A program made the position numbers and the translations under genes. The notes beneath the pieces are model-generated. The model worked only from the letters and a program-made list of their open reading frames with translations, had not been told where the DNA came from and searched no databases. Positions 1 through 10,386 of a DNA stretch of 64,000 nucleotides are shown piece by piece. The stretch comes from an uncultured Myxococcales bacterium (GTDB lineage Bacteria > Myxococcota_A > UBA9042). Each line of letters starts with the position of its first letter. The first letter of the stretch is position 1. The DNA is taken from positions 133,109 through 197,108 of the forward strand of contig CAIMEY010000002.1 of NCBI GenBank assembly GCA_903840165.1. Reading direction: 5' to 3'.

Positions 1-1243
1 GGCTCGGTCCGCCGACGCACAGGCCGTTCTTGCAGCCGTCCGCGACCGTGCAGGCGTTGTTGTCGCTGCAGGGCACGTTGTCAGCACCGGCCGGGAACAC
101 GCAGTTGCCGCTGTTGGGGTCGCAGGCATTGCTGGTGCAGGGGTTGTTATCATCGCAAGGGGTTGGCTTTCCAACGCAAATTCCAGCCGCGCAGGCATCA
201 ATGGTGCAGGCATTGCCATCGCTGCAGGGCCCACCCTCGAAGACGACTTGGCTGCAGGTGCCATTCTGGCAAGTATCTATGGTGCAAGGGTTATTGTCGT
301 TGCATTGGGCGTTTTGCTTGCACGGTGCCACGCAGTTGGCGATCGGCGCAAAGACGCACAAGCCCGTCTTGGGATCGCATTGGTCTTGCGTGCAGGCGTT
401 GCCGTCGTCGCAGGGCACGGCCGTGCCTGTGCAAGCCCCTGTTTTGCACGCATCTCCGGCCGTGCAGGCCAGGCCATCGCTGCAGGTGCTGCCGTCGGCG
501 ACTGCAGCATGGGCGCATTGACCAGTGGTGGCGTCACAACTGTCGATTGTACAAGGATTTTGGTCGTCGCAGACAGCCGGTGCGCCACCTTCACAGGCAC
601 CGCTGTTGCAGACATCGCCCAGCGTGCACAAGTTGTTGTCGCTGCAGGGATGTGCGGCGTTGACCGACACGCATTTGCCAGTCACCGCGTCGCATTTGTC
701 GTCGGTGCATGGGTTGTTGTCGTCGCAGGCCAGTTGGCTGGCGCCGCCGCAAACTCCATTGGCGCCGCAGACGTCGCCGGTCGTGCAGACGCTGCCATCA
801 TCGCAGGGGGCTCCTGCTGTGGCTACGTTGCTGCAAACCATGGCGGGGAAACTGCAATTGTCGGCTGTGCACGGATTCTTGTCGTCGCAATCGGCAGCCG
901 TTTGGCAAGCCGTCGGTGCCACGACATCCGGGCCCACGTCCACGCTGGGGAGGTCGGCTCCAGGGACATCGCCGGGGCTGGTGTCGGCATCAACTGCTGC
1001 AATATCAAGGGGTGGTGTCCCCGTGTCGCCACCGTCAGTCAGCGCAACATCGCCCCCGGTCTGACCGTCGACGCCGTCGCCGAGGACGCCATCAAGGTTG
1101 CCGTCGGCATCCGAGGACACGCCGGTGGTCGCCGGACCGGTGACAGGCGCGTCATTGGTGCAGCCAACTCCGCTCAGAATCAAGAGAAATCCAAGACAAC
1201 TATGGAGGGTCCAGCTTGTAGTCGTCTGCGTGGTGCGGGTCAT
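1..1243 (-). CDS. Cys-rich repeat lipoprotein (partial; runs off the window start)
   Basis: ATG at 1243 follows AAGGAG. Reads MTRTTQTTTSWTLHSCLGFLLILSGVGC (lipobox-like), then an acidic linker and CDDxNPCTxDxC repeats. Absent from the ORF track because there is no stop in the window. Confidence 0.8.
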   Translation of the reverse strand, partial: MTRTTQTTTSWTLHSCLGFLLILSGVGCTNDAPVTGPATTGVSSDADGNLDGVLGDGVDGQTGGDVALTDGGDTGTPPLDIAAVDADTSPGDVPGADLPSVDVGPDVVAPTACQTAADCDDKNPCTADNCSFPAMVCSNVATAGAPCDDGSVCTTGDVCGANGVCGGASQLACDDNNPCTDDKCDAVTGKCVSVNAAHPCSDNNLCTLGDVCNSGACEGGAPAVCDDQNPCTIDSCDATTGQCAHAAVADGSTCSDGLACTAGDACKTGACTGTAVPCDDGNACTQDQCDPKTGLCVFAPIANCVAPCKQNAQCNDNNPCTIDTCQNGTCSQVVFEGGPCSDGNACTIDACAAGICVGKPTPCDDNNPCTSNACDPNSGNCVFPAGADNVPCSDNNACTVADGCKNGLCVGGPS

Positions 1244-1542
1244 GGAGACTCCTTTGTGGCCCTGTTTTCCTTCGTGTAGGCCGAACACCCTGAGATTACA
1301 GGCGTCTTTTCCTGGTTGGCCCAGATTGACCGTTCGATGGCAGCGGCGAAGTATGGTGCAACCTGCTCGTCACCGCCAGACCAACCGTGCTAGTAGCCTA
1401 GACACTCCCGGCATGTGTTGCCACACGGCGCAAGCAAAGAATTGTAAAAAGAGGTCTGAGTTCGGAGCCCGATAGGCAACCGCGTTGCTCTTTGCTACCG
1501 TGTGCGCGCGGCGCCCCGCCTGGGCGAATTGCAGGAAGATTG

Positions 1543-2682
1543 ATGCGCTTTGCTGAACGATTCGCTAGTCCCGATGAATACTTAACTTTTGACGACGTCC
1601 TGCTGCAGCCCGCGCTGAGCGATGTGTTGCCGCACACAACTGACCTGACGGCCCAGGTGACGCGCCGGCAGCGGCTCGGCATCCCTGTGGTTGCCGCGGC
1701 GATGGATACGGTGACAGAATCACGACTTGCTATTGCTCTTGGCCAACTTGGCGGCCTAGGCGTAGTGCACAAGAACCTCTCAGAAGCGGCGCAGGCTGAC
1801 CATGTGGCTGCCGTCAAGGCCTTTGAGGTTCCGGAAAAAACCTTGTCCTCTGCGTGCTTGGCTAGGGACGGTCGCTTGGTATGCGCGGCTGCCGTTGGCG
1901 CTGGCGATGCGGCTCTTTCGCGGGCCGCTGCGATGGTGGCGGCGGGCGCTGATATCTTGGTGGTGGATACGGCCCATGGGCACTCGCGCAACGTCCTGAG
2001 GACCCTGGCGGACCTCAAGCAACGCTGGCCTCAACTAGAAGTCATTGCTGGCAATGTTGCCACTGCCGCGGCGGTAACTGCCCTGGTTCAGGCTGGCGCA
2101 GACGCCGTCAAGGTGGGCATTGGTCCTGGGTCCATTTGTACGACGCGGATTGTCGCTGGCGTCGGTGTGCCGCAACTATCGGCTGTCTTGGAGTGTGCTG
2201 AGGCCGCGCAAGTACACGGCATTCCAGTGATCGCTGATGGCGGTATTCGCTTCTCGGGCGACATGGTCAAGGCCCTGGCCGCGGGGGCCGGCACGGTGAT
2301 GCTGGGCTCCTTGCTCGCAGCGACCGAAGAAGCCCCTGGCGAATCCTTGCTGATCGACGGCCGAATTTGGAAACGCTACCGGGGCATGGGGTCTCTGGCA
2401 GCCATGGCCCAGGGGTCCAAAGACCGCTATTTTCAAGATCAAGTTCAAGAACCTGGCAAACTGGTGCCTGAAGGCGTCGAGGGACGTCTTGTCAGCCAAG
2501 GGCCTTTGGCGCAAGTGATTCACCTGTTGCTGGGCGGTCTTCGCTCCGGTATGGGCTATGTTGGCGCGGCCAACCTTGCGCAATTGCGGCGTGCGCGTTT
2601 CGTGCGCATGACCGGTTCGGGACTGCGAGAGAGCCACACCCATGAAATTGTTCTGACTTCGCAGGCACCCAATTACCGCTAG
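1543..2682 (+). CDS. guaB: IMP dehydrogenase, lacking the CBS subdomain
   Basis: Motifs [39 protein letters not shown] (catalytic Cys), IADGGI, YRGMGS, PEGVEG. Start taken at ATG 1543. Confidence 0.95.
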   Translation: MRFAERFASPDEYLTFDDVLLQPALSDVLPHTTDLTAQVTRRQRLGIPVVAAAMDTVTESRLAIALGQLGGLGVVHKNLSEAAQADHVAAVKAFEVPEKTLSSACLARDGRLVCAAAVGAGDAALSRAAAMVAAGADILVVDTAHGHSRNVLRTLADLKQRWPQLEVIAGNVATAAAVTALVQAGADAVKVGIGPGSICTTRIVAGVGVPQLSAVLECAEAAQVHGIPVIADGGIRFSGDMVKALAAGAGTVMLGSLLAATEEAPGESLLIDGRIWKRYRGMGSLAAMAQGSKDRYFQDQVQEPGKLVPEGVEGRLVSQGPLAQVIHLLLGGLRSGMGYVGAANLAQLRRARFVRMTGSGLRESHTHEIVLTSQAPNYR

Positions 2683-2853
2683 CAGATTCGGAAGTTGCGC
2701 GTCTAGCCGCGATGCCCCAGGCCCGTGACCGGCTGTGCTTTGCAAACCTTCACACTTCCGCGCCGTGCATGGCTATACTCACCGGACCGGCGTGCGCTAG
2801 ACTAAGCGCACATCCGTCCGCTTGAGTTGAGTCTCCGTCTCGCCGAGGTTCTC

Positions 2854-5800
2854 ATGAATCCTATCGAAATGTCCTGTAAAATCAATGCCTATCGCATCTC
2901 CTTTCGCTTCGCCCAGGCGGGATTCTGGACGTCGCTTGCGGCCTTGGCGCTGCTGCTAGCTGGCTGCGGCAGCGACACGCCGGTCGCGGGAATTAGCGTT
3001 ATGGGCGATGCAACGGTCGACGCGGGACAAATTGACGGACTGACGACGGATTCTGACGTCTCGACTCCGGCAGACAGCACGGCTGTTGGCGGTGACGCCG
3101 TTGCTGTCGATGCAGTGGACACTCAAGATCTTGGAATTACGGATCAAATCGACATTGTCGCGCCTGATGCAGACGCAGTTGCCGATGACGCAGCGGACAT
3201 CCAGGTGCCCGATAACGGCGACTTGGACCAGGTTCCCCCTGACGGCTCGGATCAGGACGTCCCTCTGCTTGACGCCCAAGATGCTACGGTTACAGAGGAT
3301 TCCGACACGGGCGTTGAAGATTCTGCCACGGACTCGGGTTCCGCTGAACTGCCCATCGATCAAGACGTGCCGCCGCCGGCTTGCGTCACGGATACCGATT
3401 GCCCTGTCGCTGTAGGACTTTGCACCGGATCGGCCTGCGTTGCTGGCCAGTGCGTCGCCAAGGCTGCGGCCGATGGCACCGCCTGCGTGACTGCCGACGC
3501 GTGCACGGTCGGTGCCGTCTGCATCACAGGGCAATGCCTAGGGAATCTCAAGGTCTGCGACGACGGCAAGGTCTGCACGGACGATAGCTGCGACCCCGTC
3601 TCGGGGGCGTGCACCTTTGTGCCCAAGGCGGGCTGCACGGGCTGTAGTACCAACGCCGAATGCGATGACAAAAACGCTTGTACCGACGATAGTTGCAATG
3701 TCGCCTCCGGGGTTTGCAGCACTTCGGCCAAGGTGGACGGAGCCACTTGCGACGACGGCAACTTGTGCACGACGACCGACGCCTGCCAAAAGGGCGCGTG
3801 CATTGGTCAAGCAGTTGTTTGTAATGATAAAAACGCTTGCACCATCGACAACTGCGATGCCACGACCGGCAAGTGCCTCGCTACGAGCGAGCCCGATGCA
3901 ACCCCCTGCGACGACGGCAACGCTTGTACTACGGCCGATGCCTGCGCGGCTGGGAAATGCCTAGGAACAACAATAGTTTGTAATGACCAGATTTCTTGCA
4001 CCGCGGACAGCTGCGACGCCTTGACCGGCAAGTGTGTGTTTGCGGCGATCGCTGGTTGCGTGCCGGCCTGCCAAAGCAATGCCGACTGCAATGACCAAAA
4101 TGCTTGCACAACAGATAGTTGCACCGCCGGCAAGTGTGTTAGTGTCAATGCGGACGGTGCCGCCTGCGATGATGCCAACGCCTGCACCACCGGCGACGTC
4201 TGCACGGGTGGCAGTTGCGCCGGTGCCGCGATGGTTTGCGATGACGGAAATCCTTGTACAACAGATAGTTGCAAGAATGGTGCCTGTGGCTTTACCCAAC
4301 AGATCGGCCCCTGCGACGATGGCGACGCTTGCACCAACAATGACGTGTGCAAGGGGATCAAGTGCGTCGGCACGGCTCTGACCTGCAACGACAATAATCC
4401 TTGCACAACCGATGCTTGCGTGGCCGGTCAATGCAGCAGTTCGCCGATCAATGGCCCCTGCGACGACGGCGACGCCTGCACGTCTGCGGACTCGTGCCAG
4501 AACGGCAAATGCGTTGGCCTCGCCAAGGTTTGCGACGACGGCAACCCTTGCACCGCAGATGCCTGCCAAAATGGCGGCTGCGTCTTTGTCAACGCGGACG
4601 GAAAAGCCTGTGATGATGCCAATGTCTGTACTGCCGGCGACACCTGCACCGGCGGCCTATGCGTGGGCGGCGCTGCCACGGTCTGTGATGACAAAAACGT
4701 TTGCACGACGGATAGTTGCAACTCCAAGAAGGGTTGTGTCTTCATCAATGCCGATGGCACGCCTTGCGACGACGCCAATCCTTGCACCTCGCCCGATGCT
4801 TGCTCGGCTGCCAAGTGCGGCGGAACGTTGATTTCCTGCAGCGACAATGATCCTTGCACGGCCGATAGTTGCGACCCAGCGACCGGCAAATGCAGCTCCA
4901 AGCCGATTCTGGGCTGTGGCGACAACTGCGCGGCGAACAGCGACTGCAATGACAATAATGCTTGCACAACCGATACTTGTGTCGCGGGCAAGTGCTCGAT
5001 CGTCAACGCCGAGGGCTTGGCCTGCACCGACGGCAACGCGTGCACGCAAAATGACCTGTGCACGGGCGGCAAGTGCGTCGGCGGCACAGCTGTCAGCTGT
5101 GACGATGGAAACCCTTGCACCGTAGATACTTGCAACGCAGCGACCGGCAAATGCAGCAGCGTCAACGCCAGCGACGGCACGGTCTGCACCGACAATAACG
5201 TCTGCACCACCAGCGACCAATGCCTCGGCGGCAAATGCGCCGCCACACCCATTTTGTGCAACGATAACAACGTCTGTACCAGCGATGTCTGCGACCCTGT
5301 CAGCGGCAAGTGCGGCTACACGCCCGTGCAGGACGGCACGGCCTGTTCGGATGGCAACGCCTGCAGCCAAAATGACGCTTGTTCCAAGGGCACTTGCACC
5401 GGCCTAGCGGTCAACTGCGACGACGGCGACCCTTGCACCACGGACGCGTGCAACCCGCAGTCGGGCGCCTGCAGCCACACGGCCATTCCCAACTGCATCG
5501 CGCCCTGCAACAACAACAACCAGTGCAATGACAGTAATCCTTGCACAACCGATAATTGCGCTGCCGGCACCTGCGCCCACGCCGCCAACAATGCCGGTGC
5601 TTGCACGGACAATAACCTTTGCACAACCGATGGTTGCAGCGCGGGAAGCTGCGTGTCCGTCGCCATCGTCTGCGATGATAAGAATCCGTGCACGGTGGAC
5701 AAGTGCGACGTCGCCTCGGGGCAGTGCGTCAGCGCCGCTGGCCCGGACAACAGCGCCTGCGACGACGGAAACCCCTGTACTACGCCCGACTTATGCAAGG

Positions 5801-8619
5801 CGGGCAAGTGCACCGGGGCCGGCGCAGTTCTGTGCAACGATGGCGACCCCTGCACCACCGACGCCTGCGACGCGGCCACCGGCAAGTGCACGGCTTCGCC
5901 CATTCCCGGCTGCGGCGGAAACTGTGCAACGGTCCAAGATTGCAACGATAACAACGCCTGCACCAGCGATGCCTGCACCGCCGGCAAGTGCGTCAACACC
6001 GAGTTGACGGCAACGCCCTGCGACGACGGCAACGCCTGCACCAGCGGCGACGTTTGCACCACCGGCAAGTGCGCCGGACCAACGCCGAAGGTCTGCAACG
6101 ACAATAACACTTGCACAACAGATAGTTGCGACAAGGTCACCGGCAACTGCGTCTACACCAACGTTGCCGACGCAACCGCTTGCAATGACGGCCTTTTGTG
6201 CACAATTGGTGATGCCTGCACCGCGGGCAAGTGCGGTGGAACGGCAACCCCTTGTAATGACAACAATGCTTGCACGCTGGACGTGTGCAACCCCAACACG
6301 GGCATTTGCCAGTTTACGGCGATCCAGAACTGCGGCACGCCTTGCCTGACCGTTCAGCAGTGCAACGACAATAATGCTTGCACAACAGATGCTTGCACCA
6401 ACTTCCAGTGCGTTCACAAGCCCGCAGCCAATGGCGGTGCCTGCAGCGACAACAACCTCTGCACCACTGCCGACGCCTGCAACGCCGGTGTTTGCCAAGG
6501 CATAGCAACCACTTGCAACGACAACAATGTTTGCACCAATGACACCTGCCAAGCCGGCACGGGCAACTGCGTCTATGCCGCCGGAACCAATGGCAATCCG
6601 TGCAATGACAACAATCCCTGCACGTTGACGGACGCTTGCCAGGCGGGCACCTGCGTCGGCTCGGGCCTACTGCCTTGCAACGACAACAATGGTTGCACCC
6701 TGGATAATTGTGATGCCAAAAGCGGACTTTGCGTCTACGCGCCCATCAACGGCTGTGGTGGCAACTGCCTTGCGGCCAGCGACTGCGATGACAAGAATGC
6801 CTGCACGACCGACGCCTGCACGGCAGGCAAGTGCACCAACACCGCGCAAACAGGCACAAATTGTAGCGACGGCAATGCCTGCACCGTGGCTGACACCTGC
6901 CAAGCGGGCAACTGCATTGCTGGAAAGGCGGTCGCGTGCACGGACAACAACGTCTGTACCACGGACGCCTGCGATACCAATACGGGTTTGTGCGTCTACA
7001 CGGCCTTGGCTGCGGGCGCTCCGTGCACTGACGGCGTCGCCTGCACCAACGGCGACAACTGCACCGGCGGCAAATGCGTAGGCACCAATGTAGTTTGCAA
7101 CGACAATGACGCATGCACCACCGACGCGTGCGCAGCGGCGACGGGGCTCTGCGTCTACACGCCGATTGCTGGCTGCGGTGGCAATTGCATCCTGAATTTG
7201 CAGTGCAATGACCAAAACCCCTGCACCGGCGACGCTTGCACGGGCGGCAAATGCACCCACACCTTCCCGGCGGGCGGCAATTGCAATGACGGCAACGCTT
7301 GCACCACTGGCGACACTTGTGCCGGTGGCGTGTGCGCAGGTACACCCAAGGCGTGCAATGACAATAACCCTTGCACAACGGATGCTTGCAATGCAAACAA
7401 CGGCAACTGTGTCCACGCCGCTGCCGCTAACGGCACGGGCTGCGACGACGGCAACGCTTGCACAGGCGCTGACGCTTGCGCGGCTGGCACCTGCACGGGC
7501 GTGGCTACCAACCAGTGCAATGACAATAACGTTTGCACGACGGATGCTTGCAACACACTGACCGGTGTGTGCACCAACACCGCCATCGCCGGTTGCGGCA
7601 TCAAGTGCGTCCTCAACGCCGATTGCAATGATGGCAACAGCTGCACGACCGACGTCTGCACCGCCGGATCCTGCGTGATTACCAAGCTCAACGCCACGGC
7701 CTGCGAGGACGGCAACCTCTGCACCACCCTGGACACCTGCGTCACCGGCGTATGCACCTCGGGCAAGGCCGTGAATTGCAATGACAACAACGTTTGCACC
7801 ACGGAGGCTTGCGACGCCAAGACCGGCCTGTGCGCCGGCCAGAACGTCGCCAACGCAACGCCGTGCAATGACGGCACCAACTGCACCACCGGCGACGTCT
7901 GCACGACCGGCAAATGCGCTGGCAAAGCAGTGGTTTGCAACGACGGCAACCCGTGCACCCTGGACAGCTGCGGCGGCAACAACGGCAATTGCCAGTTCCA
8001 GGCCATCGCCAACTGCAACGCCAACTGCGCCAGCGATGCGCAGTGCGCCGACAACAACATCTGCACCACCAACACCTGCACTGCCGGCAAGTGCGCAGTG
8101 ACCTATGCCGACGGAACTCCTTGCACAGACAACAACTTGTGCACGGTTGGCGATATTTGCGCCATCGGTCGCTGCGTCGGCACCGCCACCAACTGTGACG
8201 ACGGCGTGGTCTGCACCACCGACACTTGCGTCGCGGCCAGTGGCGTTTGCAGCCACACAACCCAGCAAAATTGCGGACCTGCGTGCACACAGAATGCAAC
8301 GTGCAATGACAACAACGTCTGCACCGTCGACGCCTGCAACACCTACACCGGCAACTGCGTCAACCAGGCGATTCCCAACTGCAATCCGGTGCCCCAGTGC
8401 ACGCTCAACACCGACTGCAATGACAACAACGTCTGCACCCTGGACACCTGCAACGCCAGCAACGGACAGTGCGTGTTCACCAACATCCCGGGCTGTAATC
8501 CCAATGCCCAGTGCAAGTTGGACGCGGACTGTAACGACAACAACGTCTGCACGGTCGACTACTGCGACACCTTCAACAGCACCTGCCAGCACATCGTCTT
8601 GCAGGGCTGCGTGCCGTAG
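2854..8619 (+). CDS. Giant (~1920 aa) Cys-rich tandem-repeat lipoprotein with Dictyostelium CTDC-like repeats
   Basis: Lipobox LLLAGC, Asp-rich linker, then uninterrupted ~24-25 aa C-x-D-x-N-x-C-T-x-x-D-x-C units to the C-terminus. GAGG precedes ATG 2854. Confidence 0.9.
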   Translation: MNPIEMSCKINAYRISFRFAQAGFWTSLAALALLLAGCGSDTPVAGISVMGDATVDAGQIDGLTTDSDVSTPADSTAVGGDAVAVDAVDTQDLGITDQIDIVAPDADAVADDAADIQVPDNGDLDQVPPDGSDQDVPLLDAQDATVTEDSDTGVEDSATDSGSAELPIDQDVPPPACVTDTDCPVAVGLCTGSACVAGQCVAKAAADGTACVTADACTVGAVCITGQCLGNLKVCDDGKVCTDDSCDPVSGACTFVPKAGCTGCSTNAECDDKNACTDDSCNVASGVCSTSAKVDGATCDDGNLCTTTDACQKGACIGQAVVCNDKNACTIDNCDATTGKCLATSEPDATPCDDGNACTTADACAAGKCLGTTIVCNDQISCTADSCDALTGKCVFAAIAGCVPACQSNADCNDQNACTTDSCTAGKCVSVNADGAACDDANACTTGDVCTGGSCAGAAMVCDDGNPCTTDSCKNGACGFTQQIGPCDDGDACTNNDVCKGIKCVGTALTCNDNNPCTTDACVAGQCSSSPINGPCDDGDACTSADSCQNGKCVGLAKVCDDGNPCTADACQNGGCVFVNADGKACDDANVCTAGDTCTGGLCVGGAATVCDDKNVCTTDSCNSKKGCVFINADGTPCDDANPCTSPDACSAAKCGGTLISCSDNDPCTADSCDPATGKCSSKPILGCGDNCAANSDCNDNNACTTDTCVAGKCSIVNAEGLACTDGNACTQNDLCTGGKCVGGTAVSCDDGNPCTVDTCNAATGKCSSVNASDGTVCTDNNVCTTSDQCLGGKCAATPILCNDNNVCTSDVCDPVSGKCGYTPVQDGTACSDGNACSQNDACSKGTCTGLAVNCDDGDPCTTDACNPQSGACSHTAIPNCIAPCNNNNQCNDSNPCTTDNCAAGTCAHAANNAGACTDNNLCTTDGCSAGSCVSVAIVCDDKNPCTVDKCDVASGQCVSAAGPDNSACDDGNPCTTPDLCKAGKCTGAGAVLCNDGDPCTTDACDAATGKCTASPIPGCGGNCATVQDCNDNNACTSDACTAGKCVNTELTATPCDDGNACTSGDVCTTGKCAGPTPKVCNDNNTCTTDSCDKVTGNCVYTNVADATACNDGLLCTIGDACTAGKCGGTATPCNDNNACTLDVCNPNTGICQFTAIQNCGTPCLTVQQCNDNNACTTDACTNFQCVHKPAANGGACSDNNLCTTADACNAGVCQGIATTCNDNNVCTNDTCQAGTGNCVYAAGTNGNPCNDNNPCTLTDACQAGTCVGSGLLPCNDNNGCTLDNCDAKSGLCVYAPINGCGGNCLAASDCDDKNACTTDACTAGKCTNTAQTGTNCSDGNACTVADTCQAGNCIAGKAVACTDNNVCTTDACDTNTGLCVYTALAAGAPCTDGVACTNGDNCTGGKCVGTNVVCNDNDACTTDACAAATGLCVYTPIAGCGGNCILNLQCNDQNPCTGDACTGGKCTHTFPAGGNCNDGNACTTGDTCAGGVCAGTPKACNDNNPCTTDACNANNGNCVHAAAANGTGCDDGNACTGADACAAGTCTGVATNQCNDNNVCTTDACNTLTGVCTNTAIAGCGIKCVLNADCNDGNSCTTDVCTAGSCVITKLNATACEDGNLCTTLDTCVTGVCTSGKAVNCNDNNVCTTEACDAKTGLCAGQNVANATPCNDGTNCTTGDVCTTGKCAGKAVVCNDGNPCTLDSCGGNNGNCQFQAIANCNANCASDAQCADNNICTTNTCTAGKCAVTYADGTPCTDNNLCTVGDICAIGRCVGTATNCDDGVVCTTDTCVAASGVCSHTTQQNCGPACTQNATCNDNNVCTVDACNTYTGNCVNQAIPNCNPVPQCTLNTDCNDNNVCTLDTCNASNGQCVFTNIPGCNPNAQCKLDADCNDNNVCTVDYCDTFNSTCQHIVLQGCVP

Positions 8620-8711
8620 GTCCTGACCATCATCCTGATCGCCTTGGCGGACCGCGGACGTGCAAAATGTGCACTTCGCGGGCGCCGATCAAGCCTGCAG
8701 CAGGAGCGTTC

Positions 8712-10073
8712 ATGGCCCCGACAGTGCGGATGCGCGCGATTGTGTTGACATTTTCAGTGCTTGGCGCCTGCCATTCGGCCACCCCGGCGGCTCCATCCGC
8801 GTCTGCCGATGCCACGTCCTCAGATGGTACCACCACGGCGCAAGACATTGTTTCCTTAGGTGATTCACCAACAGCTGATACGGCAAAGGCTGATGCAGCA
8901 AGTGGCGACGTGACCACGACCAGTGGCGACGCGCAGGCCTTTGTGCCGACCGTTCATCCGGACCTGCCCCAAGTGCTCAACATGGGCGGAAAAGTTCTTA
9001 CTAATCCGCGTGTTGTGCCAGTGCTCTACAGCGATGACCCCTATGGCGCGGACGTGCAGAAACTCCTGCAGCAGATTGCAGCAAGTACCTATTGGCCAAC
9101 GATTGCCAGTGAGTACGGCGTCGGTCCTTTGCAAGTAGGTTCGCCGATTCTGCAATCCGGCAAGGCGCCGGCCAAGTTGGCAGAAGGCGACACGTTGGCG
9201 TGGCTGGACAAGGGCTTGGCAGATCCTAGCACGCCTTGGGGCAAGGTGGATGCGAACACCATCTATATGCTCGTGATTCCGCCGCAGACGGACTTCATTT
9301 CCGGTACAGGGAGTGACGCTGTGTCCTGTTGCGCGGACCGCGGTGGCTACCATGACGAAGTGCAGCTCGCCGGTACCTTGGTACCCTATGCCGTGGTTTG
9401 TGCCTGTGCTTACCCGGAGTTGGGACTCAATGCCTTGGACGACCTGACCTCGACCATTGCCCATGAACTCATCGAGGCCGCCACAGACCCCTTTAGCGTC
9501 AGCGCGCCGGCCTTCAGTCAGCAGAGCAACGCTGATGCCGCCTGGACCGATATTTCCGACGGCGAGGTAGGGGATCTCTGCGAATTTAATCAGGATAGCA
9601 ACATCCACGTTTCGGGCATTGATTACCTCGTCACCCGCAGTTGGTCCAACCTTGCGGCGGCGGCGGGTCATGAGCCCTGCCTGCCATCGCCCGACCCGGG
9701 GCCCTATTTCGCCGCGGCGCCTTTGGTCAAGGATACTGTGAACATTCTGGATTTCCTCGGCAATCCGGTGCAGGCCAAGGGTGTCAAGATTGGGCTGGGG
9801 CAAAGCCGCACGGTGGATGTGCAACTCTTTAGTGACGGGCCGGTTTCTGGGCCCTGGCAGGTCAAGGCCTATGATTTTGAACAGGAAATTCAAGGACAAG
9901 CCAAGCCCAAGCTGGCCTTCACCTGGGATAAGAGCACCGGCAACAACGGCGATGTGCTGCACCTAACCATCCAAGTGCTGGCAACGGATAGCAATTGGGG
10001 CGGAGAGCTGTTCCTCATCGAGTCCAAGCTCGGCAGTCGCACCAGTGAATGGATGGGCGTCGTTGGCCAGTAG
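8712..10073 (+). CDS. Secreted lipoprotein, EXORDIUM/PHI-1-like domain suspected
   Basis: AGGAG before ATG 8712; lipobox VLGAC; motifs GGYH..YAV..C..HELIEAATDP..GEVGDLC. Confidence 0.75.
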   Translation: MAPTVRMRAIVLTFSVLGACHSATPAAPSASADATSSDGTTTAQDIVSLGDSPTADTAKADAASGDVTTTSGDAQAFVPTVHPDLPQVLNMGGKVLTNPRVVPVLYSDDPYGADVQKLLQQIAASTYWPTIASEYGVGPLQVGSPILQSGKAPAKLAEGDTLAWLDKGLADPSTPWGKVDANTIYMLVIPPQTDFISGTGSDAVSCCADRGGYHDEVQLAGTLVPYAVVCACAYPELGLNALDDLTSTIAHELIEAATDPFSVSAPAFSQQSNADAAWTDISDGEVGDLCEFNQDSNIHVSGIDYLVTRSWSNLAAAAGHEPCLPSPDPGPYFAAAPLVKDTVNILDFLGNPVQAKGVKIGLGQSRTVDVQLFSDGPVSGPWQVKAYDFEQEIQGQAKPKLAFTWDKSTGNNGDVLHLTIQVLATDSNWGGELFLIESKLGSRTSEWMGVVGQ

Positions 10074-10142
10074 CAAGGCACCGCTGCGCCGCAGACGTAC
10101 AACCGGCAAAGAGCTTGAAAGGCAAATGGTTTAATGACTGCG

Positions 10143-10162
10143 CCCAGTGCGTAGGCACTGGG
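10143..10162. terminator. GC-rich hairpin between convergent genes
   Basis: CCCAGTGC-GTAG-GCACTGGG, a perfect 8-bp stem with no U-tract. Confidence 0.4.
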
Positions 10163-10194
10163 AAGCACGCAACCGCTCGTCGCTTCACGACCCC

Positions 10195-10386
10195 CAAGTA
10201 CCTCAAACCCGAAGTTCCTTGCGGGTTCGAGGCACAGTGTTGGCTTCTAGTTTCAGCGGGGCCCGCGGCCCCCCTCGCCCGCCCGCGAGGGCTCACCCCT
10301 GCGTTCGGCCGGGTCCCCGGCTGCAAAGTCCACAACGCCGAGTCCGTTGCGGTAACCCGCAAAGGACTTAGGGTTACGTGTACTAG
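10195..10386 (-). mobile_element. MITE/REPIN-like structured repeat, copy 1 (192 bp)
   Basis: The reverse complement aligns with 37559-37805. Ends are CTAGTACACGTAACC and GGTTTGAGGTACTTG; the leading CTAG contains the TAG stop of the SPOR gene. Confidence 0.75.

Noticed and set aside
30..1279. Plus-strand ORFs 30-521, 248-1279 and 525-1064
   Set aside because: Antisense shadows of the minus-strand Cys-repeat gene.
2889..8592. Long minus-strand ORFs, including 641 aa at 6667-8592
   Set aside because: They mirror the repeat codons of the plus-strand gene; the low-complexity V/A/G or Q/L/S content is a shadow signature.
2854..8619. Periodic DNA repeats resembling a CRISPR array or DGR
   Set aside because: Repeats are in-frame and degenerate at third positions; no cas or reverse transcriptase gene is present.
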